From Intoshia linei (Eukaryota; Animalia; Orthonectida): 55,324 nucleotides of DNA. Both the position numbers and the translations under genes were made by a program. The stretch lies in NCBI GenBank assembly GCA_001642005.1, contig LWCA01000095.1:1-55324 (forward strand). Direction: 5' to 3'. Shown here piece by piece: positions 14,101 through 24,500 of the stretch. The stretch's first letter is position 1; each line of letters starts with the position of its first letter. Under the pieces are notes generated by a model, which did no database searches, was not told where the DNA came from, and was given only the letters and a program-made list of their open reading frames with translations.

Positions 14101-14262
14101 AGCAAGAATAGTACTTTTGAATTTATGAGAAACAGATAACGGGTTTTCATCGGGAGATATGGCAAATGCATTTCGAACAATCTTTTTGACATCTGCAACA
14201 CAATCTTCATTTTTGAGATTAAGAGTAATTCTCTTATTTTTAAAAGTTACAAACAAATGCAT
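8136..14262 (-). CDS. ANKUB1: Ankyrin repeat and ubiquitin-like domain protein (ANKUB1 orthologue), 6 exons
   Basis: Exons 14262-13876, 13839-13768, 13148-12977, 11012-10963, 10881-10465 and 8741-8136 join in frame through GT-AG introns. Peptides KYMGATLEDDW, RKVGLP-IGAFRI..GMEIFD, IVLHTWNGWNEFLNAC, RYQMRVALYMAAHYGH, LLKQVVRPDEM-SGYHP and TPMHVAAEQGQLGVLRCFVN are colinear with ANKUB1 as I recall it (MYAGAALKDSW, RCGLPV, LDVWDGWKEFLMGC, KYQKRVALYIAA, PIHAAAEAGQL). Confidence 0.92.
8877..10363. mobile_element. Non-autonomous hAT (Charlie/Buster-type) element with nested insertion
   Basis: TIRs CAGTGCTTCCCAA / TTGGGAAACACTG; exact 8-bp TSD GTCTAAAG at 8869-8876 and 10364-10371. Confidence 0.9.
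9133..9877. repeat. Opposed arrays of 29-30 bp repeats (7 forward units 9151-9358, about 4 reverse units 9750-9877)
   Basis: Consensus ATTCCAmTTTTACCAACCTTTAAGGGAAAA tandemly repeated without spacers. Same unit at 2091-2680, 16388-16615 and 53170-53310. Confidence 0.88.
11085..11700 (+). mobile_element. Truncated Tc1-superfamily relic (TRT/DD37E-like N-terminus) in an ANKUB1 intron
   Basis: Left end TA|CACTATACCAATTTGTTATGCAAAT with inner repeat TGTACCAGTTTATTAAGCAAAT near 11275. ATG 11301 gives MGLKSDLSVNQKNEIAGLLAKGNSTFQIS*CLDRDHRTIKK; later LDSPD and IRRQRGGGGVMF..GII. The catalytic C-terminus and right TIR are absent, so the family call rests on the N-terminus. Confidence 0.8.
11708..12780. 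repeat. Family A variant (forward, 11708-12075) followed by a reverse copy (12100-12780)
   Basis: The forward part resembles 35200-35600. The reverse part contains TGTGTGTGTTAACAGGATACAACTGTA and repeated GGGkTTTTTGACC modules. Confidence 0.8.
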
Positions 14263-14573
14263 ATATACCCTCGGAATATTCTCAAGTTTAATTTGTGTTA
14301 AGCATATTGTTTTATTTGTTTTTATATATGTTTATAAATCTTAAATTTAAGAGTATTATTAAATTAGTTTATCTAGGTTATTTGAAACGCATAACGTATG
14401 ATTTTAGTTCATTCATTGCACATTTAACCTTTATTTTAAGAAATGGTATTTAAACATAAAATGCCCCCAATTTGTCATTTAAAGTAAACTCGTCAATCTA
14501 GATATATTACGTAATTAGTCATTTCACTACTTTTATGTAAAAACTTTGTAAAATATAAATCAAAAAATTGTTA

Positions 14574-17126
14574 TTAATTTTTATTTTTATAATTTACATG
14601 AATTTTTGGGTTGATATTGAAAATTGTATCAATAAGTTTATCTACAATATTTGGTCCACTTTTTTCTAAAGCTATTTTGATTTCATCGACTCTAGTAAGT
14701 AAAGTTGCGTCTAATTCCACTTTTAATTTTTCTCTTTCAACTTCCAACTAGTTAAAAAAGTATACTATATTTAAATTTAAATTTTATTCAACATTATCTT
14801 CCATTTTCTTGAAAACTGACTGTCGTTGTTGTTTATATAAATCTAATTCATGCATAGCTTCTTTTTTGGCTTTTTGCAATTTCAAAGATTTACCTAAAAT
14901 TATACAATCATTCAAAAGTTAAAGTTATAAACGTATATAAACGGTGACAAAATTTTTAAAGATATTGTATCATTGAAATAAACATTTTTCGAGGAACAAA
15001 AGTGTAATCTAATTTTTTGTTACTTCAAAAAATAATTATTTTAAATCCGTGTTTCAAGTGAAATGTAAATATGTTCTTGATGTTTAAAAATTAAAAAAAA
15101 ATTAGGAAATAAAGGGTAATAAATATGCACATGAATAAAGTAATATGGAGGTAGGGCATATCTACGGTTTAGAAATATTAAAAAAGGATTCAAAATATTT
15201 TGTTATATATCAAAATAAATTATATATAAAGCAGGGTGGAGCAATACCATCACCACGATTCAAAATGTGCAGTGTACAATTATATTATTCGACCATTAGT
15301 TTAAATTACAGTTCCGTCACAGTGAGCCATTAATTCTAAAGTTTAATACTTTGAAAAGACGTAATTCTAGAAAATTTTAAAAAAAATTAAATTGATCCAC
15401 TTTAAAAAGATTCCTAGTCCCGTGTCCCCAATTTAAACTATGATTTTTTTTAAGTTTTTCAAGTTTTCGCAGTTATGCCAATAATGGACCATATAGTAAA
15501 TGTATATAATTTATTAAAATATATTTTCGAACGTCTTCAAAATTTAGTATAGATTATTAATTTTAATAAAATTTTAAACAAATGCGAGAAAATATAAAAT
15601 ATACAGAAAAATATAGGTTGTGGATCAAGGATTCGATTTAAACGAGAATATTATTTATTTAAATAATAGACAATAGTGGATATTGTTTAAATACATAGTT
15701 ATACCAAAACTCATAATTGAAATTTAAAACAATAGGTGAGTGATTTTTATACGTGATTAAATAAAATTAACTCAATAATATATGCAAAATTGTAAATTAT
15801 AATATTTAAATAAATAATAAATTAAATAATGCATACATGTTTAGTTTAGTGTCGTATAAAAAATAAAATAACTACATTTTAAATTATAATATGGCCCTAT
15901 TTAATAGTTGGCTCGTCTGTTGGTACAGGAAAGGCATAGCGTGTGGTTTTATCTACTTTTTATGTTATATATACTATATTATATACTGTAGTTAAATGCT
16001 TGCAAAATTTTTATTTGAATTTATATTTTGATTAAATTTTTATTTTTATTTAAAATTTAAGTTTTCTAACTCATCAAATTACATTTTTAGTTCATGTTTC
16101 TGAGATAATTTTACATTTCGTTAGAGAAAATCATCCAAAAACGACCAGATCAATAACACGTCAAGGCCGAATTGAGAATCGAAAAAAATATTCATAAAAT
16201 TTTTTATTTTTTCGAATTATCATAACGGTACACATTTTTTTGTTTTATTTTGATTTTTTTAAAAGTATTTCTTATTTTGCTTGTTTTATATTTTTAAAAT
16301 CACTTAAAATATATATAATAAAACATTTAAAAAAATTATGTGTCATCAAATTTTATACTAGAGGTTTTAGTTTAGAACCATAAATAAATCAACCCTTAAG
16401 GAAAAATCCACTTTTGCCTATTATGAAAACTTGACAAATTACTATTTTTTAAAGTGGAATATTTTTGATCTTTTATGAAATAGACTATGCAATTTTATAA
16501 AATTGAAATTTTCTCTAAATAGTTAAAAAACCGGATTTTTCTCTAAGGATTTGGTAAAACTAGATTTTTGACTTAAGGGTTGGTAAATTTTGATTTTGTT
16601 AATAAAAATGGTTAGATTTATCAAATTAAGTATTTGAAATTTTAGTAAAAATTGTTGAATTATTCATATATGACAATATCATCCAATCCTGTGAAACTGA
16701 CGATTATCAATTTCTCAGTAAGGAAAATTGATTAATTCTATTTCATATAAATTTTTTTGACAATTTAATTCATTTTTATTCGGTCAGGTTTATATTTTAA
16801 CATTTAACAGATTTCAATATCCGGATCTTCGCATATATCAACATTAATTTTCAAATTAGAATATAAATGATAGCCGGCGTTAATAAAATTAAAATCTGAT
16901 CTGCTGCAGATAAAAACTACCATTGAATTAAATATTTATAATAATTAAATTATTTTTAAATAAAAATGTTCAGTACAACTCAAAAAGCAACGTGAACATT
17001 AGCCAACATAACTATTATAGTGTATAATATGAGTGTAATTATAAAATTACGTTCCCTGGCTTCATTTATCAATTTGTTGGCCTTTTTTTCAGCTTCCAAA
17101 AGTCTTTGAATTTCACTAGATTGCAT
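14574..17126 (-). CDS. ATP6V1G: V-type proton ATPase subunit G, 3 exons, 116 aa (missed by the ORF track)
   Basis: Exons 17126-17051 (MQSSEIQRLLEAEKKANKLINEARE), 14893-14793 (RKSLKLQKAKKEAMHELDLYKQQRQSVF) and 14747-14574 (...LIDTIFNINPKIHVNYKNKN*). 76+101+174 nt is in frame. Matches the subunit G signatures IQxLLxAEKxA..AR.RK..LKxAK.EA and C-terminal I.PxIH.NY. Confidence 0.95.
16375..16615. repeat. Short copy of the 29-30 bp foldback family in ATP6V1G intron 1
   Basis: AACCCTTAAGGAAAAATCCACTTTT forward; CTTAAGGGTTGGTAAATTTTGATTTTGTTAATAAAAATGGTT reverse, matching the 9133-9170 end. Confidence 0.7.
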
Positions 17127-18599
17127 ATATAACGAATTAAATATATCTTTATTTATTTGAATAAATACTATTGATAAATATCCATGTTATTTCAATTGAT
17201 ATATTATGATTTATCGATTAAATCTGGTTTCATTATCTAAACTTTATTATTTTCGTGACATAACAATAACCAATAAACATACAGGTCTAATTTATAAAAC
17301 TGGCAATGGCATCTACCCGAGATCCCTACTGTGGTCTTGACGAAATTTTAGTAAAATGGAGATTTATTTTCCAAATTGCTCCCACATATAATATAACCGA
17401 TACTATTCTTTTTAAATTTTAGTACATTGCATTTATTATAATGTATTGTATGTAAATTTGAAAAATCAAATGTTTTGAGCACCCTTTTGTGAACCTTTCA
17501 TTGAAGAAGTTTGACTAACATAAAAAATGTAATTGTAACTAGGCTTCTAGATTTTAATATATAATAAGGGCGGTCAAACGTTCACTTTTAAATAAATATA
17601 AATTTATTTGGTCGATTAATCAATTAATAATAATCTAATAATATAAGATACAAATAATAAATGGGTTATTCTATTTTATATTTTATACATGAAATATAAT
17701 TATATGTTAGGATCTTAAACTGGTGTTCACGACTATTTTAAGACAATTCTCATAAATGAAAAATTTTAAAATTTTTATCTTGCATGTAAAAAACACATTT
17801 TAACATATTATCCAAAATTTTTGAATTTACAAAACACTACATTTAAAATTTGAATTAAAAATTCAAACTAAGAATCGTAATTATTGATGCTAGAGTGAAC
17901 TTAACGCACACGAAACTCCGTCTTCGAAGTTTCTAGGGCAGTGTTCGTCAAATCATTTCATAAGTGCCACCTCTGTAGGACTAACAAAATGTCGCGCCAC
18001 CCTTCAAACAATTTTCAATATTTTTTTGTATTTTCTGAATAGATGCGATATACATATTATCTTCTATTAACTCTTACATATTTAATTAAAAATCAAACAA
18101 AAATTTTTCGTTACCAATTCCATTACATTGAAACCAAATACTTTGCTACAAAATAATTATTTATTATTATATTATAATACACCGAACATCACCAATTGTG
18201 AGCTCGTTTTCCTTAGAAATCAATTCAAAACGAGGAATAATAACAATAGTGACAATTAGTTCATCTAATTATAAGATTTATACCATTAATCGATTACTTT
18301 ATTTCGTGGTTAAAATTTTTAGATTTATAAATCCCTTCTTCACATAAATAAGATGTGTCCTCTTCTTTTTTTACCATTATCAAATCTCTAGTGACTAGAA
18401 TGTTAATGGACTAGTCTAGTCCATTAAGTCATTTACAAATTTTTAAAAGATGTTTGTGGAATGATTATTCAGTAATTTTAAATTTAGAAGAACCCTGACA
18501 TAGTGTCAATAAATTACAAACGAAATTTATTAATATAATATATTACATGTATAGTGCCATAATTTACAATAAAAATAAAAATATATCCATAACTTTGGT

Positions 18600-21500
18600 T
18601 TAATATTGTCCATAAATTTGGACATGTCCGTCACTATAATTAGTACATACACGATTCTAAAAATGAAATGTAAAAATGAATACAAAATAAAATACCAGTG
18701 ACGGGTGAAACTTAAGGGAAACAATAGATATTGGGTCGATGGAGCGAGTAAATTTATTGTAAAATGAATTTTTTATATTCTTAAATTTGGAACTAATGCT
18801 GCCTTTCCTAAGGTTTTCGTCAGGTTCAGGCATAGAAGTAGGTAAATTTTCTCCATTAAAAGTGGTAATATAAATTTTTTCAGAATTTTTATAGTTTCTA
18901 AAAAAAAATAAACAAGTTGAAAAGAATAACAACCTTGACATGAGTTGGTAGTTGGTGTGAACATCAAAATTATCAATTTTCCCAGAGTCAAAATTGTTTA
19001 TTTGGAAATCGTAGACGATAGGACTCCAGGAAAGCCTAAAGTCCCACATCATTACTTTGTTATCGTCACTAAATATTGTCAAAACAGTAATTTCATAATA
19101 TTTACTATGCGGCAAAAAAATGGTTTGAGGAAAAATAAGGAAATTTGATTTCACAGCATTCATGGTCATAATTTTTAGAAAAAACACTAAACGCACAAAT
19201 TAATGAATATAAATATTAAAATTTACTGGTTAGCTTGACGAGAATCAAAACACTGTATTGTGCCTTTTGCAGATCCCACAAGTAAGACGTTAGAATTGAA
19301 AGGAGATGTACAAATGGAAGTGACATGGCTAATATATGAATCGACACATATGAGCTAAAAAAATGAATAAAAAAAACAAAAATACAAACCTCGTTCCAAG
19401 TTTCTCTAACAAGATCACAATTATAAATAAAGGAATTAGTACTACAAAAGTACATTTTGGCATTAATAGGTTGATATGCAAGAAGACAGACTAAAAATGA
19501 ATTATAAAAATGATTGAAATTGTTACTTTTTCTGCGGTTAATCGACTGAGCCAAATCAAAAGGGGAATTCCAACATGCAACTTCAGAAAAGTCATCCTTG
19601 CAATTAAAGACATCCTTATATACATTTACAATTGCTGAATCTAATGAGTACATTATAAATCTGAAAAATAAAAATTCAAACCATTGATAGTCATGAGGTA
19701 ATCCCGTTGAGCATCATTAATAAATTCCATATTTACAAATTTCCTGGAAAGATCCGTATTAAATTCATACATTTCGTCTGTTTCATAATTAATAAAGTAA
19801 ATGTTATCAGAAGAAGCCACTGCCACATTGTTAGAATCGTTGTTAAACATGACAAATTTTAATTTTTCATCAGGCAATTTTTTAGAATAAATTATATCCA
19901 AACAATCTCTTTTGTCTTTAAAATCATCAACGACGCTCAATTGTAAAATTTCATCCACATCAATTTTTTCCATTTTAATTTCTAAATTTTCTTTTTCAAT
20001 TATTTTACAAGCATCGCATCTATCAATTTTATCAAACATGCATCTCATTTGCCTGGTTCCAGGTTCGCAGTCGCGAAATTGATTATTTAAAATGTTGTTT
20101 ACAATATCTTGGGTATAAGTAATAACATCTTCTCTTTCATCTACCGCAAATTCTTCAAATTTTGATTTAAAATTTTCCAATCTACTGTCATAAATTCTAT
20201 AACCATCGCGTACATTGAACGGGACATTATCGTATACTATTTTGGCATTTTCGAAAGTAACAGATCTAGATTCGATGATAGTGTTATCTTCACTGGTTTC
20301 ATAATTTATAACCACGTTTTTCACTTTAAAGTCTTTAACAGTATAATATCTTTTTACGTTCGGAACAGTTTCTGATTGGTCTGCTTTTTCTTTATCCGAT
20401 TTGTCTATTTTTTCTAAGCAAGTTTTGGTTTTTGAACGTTTTTCTAAAGTGTCAAAATTTAATTTGTCGGAATTATCTGAGGTAATTGGTTCGCTTTGGG
20501 CTTTATAGGTTTCAAAAGGTGTACATAAAATGTTTTCAAGCGGCTCAAATATAATAGGTTCAACCCTAGTTTCCTCTTTAATGGTAGGTACGATGCTAAA
20601 TTTTCGCAGTGCGGGTGCAACCGGAACATTGGTCTTTTTTTTAATATTTTTCACTTTTCTTTTTTGTGATAATTTTGATTCTTGCAGTTTAATATTCTCA
20701 GCCGTTTTTATAAAAAATTCAGCTTTCAACAACTCACCGGTATCAATCTCCGCGGTTGTAACTTTAGTTTTAACAGATCCAATTTCGTTTAAAATTAAAT
20801 TAAATAGGTTATCCATAAACATGACCTGTTCAGTTTCAAAATAATTTGAAAAAATATAATCTTCTCGTTTTGGTTTATTTTTTATTGGTTCTTTGGATTC
20901 ACTATTCAAGGAACTGTTGAATTCGGTTGCTAGAACACTTCGCACGTCATTATACATTGATACACACAAGGATGAATCACTAGGATTCATTATTCGTTGC
21001 ACAAACTTACATGGAATCGTATTATCACCAATGCTCAACTGATTATCAATGTTAAATATTTTAGTCGTGTAAGTTTCCTTTATCATGTAGTCAACCTTCT
21101 TACGTATTTTTGCCATCAACCGCTTAGCCACTCGACGAACTTCCATGCATGGATCATTGCACAATAATTCAAAATTCCTCCAAATATCAAATAAACTATT
21201 CATATCACTGTATTTACTAGTTCTATCAAACATTATAATATCATCATCCTTTTCATTAACTGAATTTTGTCTTTTTATATTGAATCGCTTTTTAAAGCTG
21301 TTTGTTCGACTGCATTTCAAAGATGCTGATTTCCTACTGAAAGCCGGTGAAGGGATGGTTAGAACGCGAGAATTGAAATCTACAACTCTTGTTTTGATTT
21401 GAAGAACAAGATTTACAAAATCAGACATTCTCAATATTATAAAACCGGAAATAGCCGCAATCACCTCTTTTCGAACAAGAGGATTGATATCCAAAACGGA

Positions 21501-24500
21501 ATTGAGAATGTGCATTAAAACCCTTTTATCGACATACGTTGCATGTGAAGTATGCCATTTAGTAGAATAAATAAACGTTCCCAGTGCACTTATACAAGCA
21601 GCTCGAATATACGGGTATTTTGAGCTTGTATGATGACATAAATACTCGTCTATGCAATTTCTTACGCCGATCCAGCGAGCATTTTCATTGTTTTTCCACA
21701 AGTAAGAAACCAAATTAATTAACCAGCGATTCAATATGCTTCCGGAATCATCCAGCAACCCAGCAATGATAAAAAACACTTTTTTGTCACACAAAAGAGT
21801 GGAATATCCTTCATAATGATGAAGAAGGGCACACAAACAATATGCGGAAATAGTTTTAAGACTTGAGCAAGGATTATCAGACAATATTTCTAAAAAATAC
21901 AGGTGAATAGAGTTACTCAGTAAATCACCAAGTGCTATTTCTTTAGTAAATAAAATATGGGACCATATGTATAAAATATATGGTTTTAACGTTTCGTCTT
22001 CTGTTTTAACTAATCTAATAATAAAAGGTGAAATTCCCAATACCAGTAAAACTTGCAAAGCGTCGATACAAGATTCCAAATATCTACAGATTAATTGTAA
22101 AGCTTCCAATCGGTACATTTGACCCAAAAGAACAAGCACTAGCGACGGCATAGTAGGAGGTGTTACTGGATTCATAAGGTAGCCGTTATCAATAAATGAT
22201 GTACGGTTGATCCATAACCGGAAATTTGTCAATTGATTCAAGTAAAAAGAACTGGGTTGGTATTTTGCTTTTTCGTCTAAAATGCCAGGTAGTTGAAATA
22301 TAGCTTCATTCAAACAAACCTTCCAAAGTTCCCATAATGGATGCTGCCATAGATCTGGTAATGCTGGATAAGAAATTGGCGTAATTTTGTAAGATTTCAA
22401 TAGCCACTGAGACAATAGGAAATTTCTCCAAAAATTTCCAGTTCCAATATCTTGTTTTATTAATAATCTATAAGTGTCAATATCCACATGACTCCACAGA
22501 AGAGAATCACAAATACAAGTAAAAATCCAATGTAAATCACCCAACATTGTATTTCTTTTGTTAATCCCTCCAGGTATCTCAAACCTTCCATTCAAACTTT
22601 TTACTAAGGATCTAAATACATCTGGGTATAACGATGTGTATAATAAGAGTAAAGTTTTATACGGAGTCGTCATACATGAAGTAAACATATCGGTCGGTAA
22701 ATCATTTTTTTCGATGAAGAATTGGTTTTTTCTGTTAGAAGCTATAATAAAATAATCAGATCTGCACATTTGCATCAATTCCAAAGCAAAAGAAACTTTC
22801 TTTTTAGGTTTACTAGTATCACTATTTGAAGAATTTGGATTAGTAGAAAAACTACTCTTAGTTCCATTTTTTAAAACTCCTCGAATAGGAACATTTAGTG
22901 GAGGTTCAATAGGACTGTGAATTTTAACAGATTGTAAACTGTCACTGTCATCCGTTGATTTAAATCTAATTTTAGATTTTTTTGAGTTGTAATCTTCATA
23001 ATCACATTCTTCGTCTGAGTCGGAAGGTTCAATTAATGATTTTAATTTGTCTAAAATATTTTCGGCGTTTATTGAGTCGATAATAAAAACGGTTGGAGAA
23101 CCAAGCCAAATCATTAAATCTTCACATCTAATGGGGTTAAATTTTCGAACAGTTTTTTCAAATACATATATACAATCCGTATTGACAAGTTTTGTAGGAA
23201 GATTGAAATCTCGATAGTGAAATAGTACACGCGAACTTCCAGCATCCCTGCGAAGGCTGACACACATGTTTTTGAAACTTTCAACAGAGTGATTATAACA
23301 AGAACGGTAACGTGAACGTGGGCACCACATCATATACTGTTTTTTTAAATTCTCCAAAATGCTTTGTCGACTAGTTTTCAAGGAAATTCGTTTTGAGTCA
23401 GTCCAACAATGAATACTCGGCTTACCGTCATGTTTGGAATTTGGTCTAGCATCTTTTTCGCTAAAACGTACAATTGCGTTGATATCTAATGCAGAATATT
23501 AATTTAAAAATTATTATAACCATGTACCCGAGCGGAAAATGATAACATCATGGAAATTTAACTTTTATAAATTATAATTTCATCAGATACCTGTGGGTCA
23601 CATTTTGAATATATTTATGGGTATTTGATGGGTTTCAAATTCTGAATTTGAACAAAAATTAAAAAATAAATTTTAGGCATCTGTCTGACTTATATGGTAT
23701 TGATCCTATATTAATAAATTTAATGATTTCCTTGAAACTTTTAAATGGTTTGTTCATTAATCGTTACATGGAAATGAATACTAGCAATGTGAAATGTGCA
23801 ATGCACTAAATTATGCAATTTCATTACATGCCTAAAAATAGCTAAAAAGTATACATTTTTCAAAAATTTAATGACGCCAGTAATGCTTATACAATAGTAG
23901 ACTTTATGAACTATTACAGAGTGCACACTGCTAAACAACCAGTACGGTGTAAAATTTATAATGGAAAGAACCAATAATAAGCATCTTAGAAACAAAAAAT
24001 TATAATTTGCATAGTATAACATGATACATGACAAATAATTGTAAACATATAAGCTGAAACGCAAAACTATATCTACATAAATTTGGAATGGAAGATGCAA
24101 ATTTGTAAATGAAAACATTAAAATAAAACTACAACAAAGTTTAAGGTATTTGGAAATAAAATAGAATTAAAAAAAGGTAATTTTAAAAACACTTCAAAAA
24201 TTCAACATTTTTCATGAAATTTCTAACAGAGTAAAGACATTTTATATAACTATAAAATCATAAACATTATTATAAATTTAAATTTAAAAAAATTATATCT
24301 TCAGGGCCAAAACCACAAATTTCCCTTCTTTTTTTTTGAAAACAGTCCTAGAATTTCAAAAAATTTGCAGGTTTTACAGTTGTATCCTGTTAACACACAC
24401 AGAAAAATTCAATCCGAATAAGTGACGACTTCATGGTTAAAAAAGCATTTTAGTATTCATATATTTTTTTTCCGAAATATTTTATTAAAACAAAAAATGT

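Noticed and set aside
20530-22755. Plus-strand ORFs at 20530, 21145 and 22558 (also 8314, 14159, 18945, 26582, and minus-strand 32572, 43869, 44309, 47483)
   Set aside because: Antisense shadows of real exons or transposase relics, with no independent motifs.
23741-24118. 125-aa hydrophobic ORF in Raptor intron 1
   Set aside because: F/L/I/Y-rich composition is typical of AT-rich non-coding DNA, there is no recognisable domain, and the Raptor exons join in frame without it.
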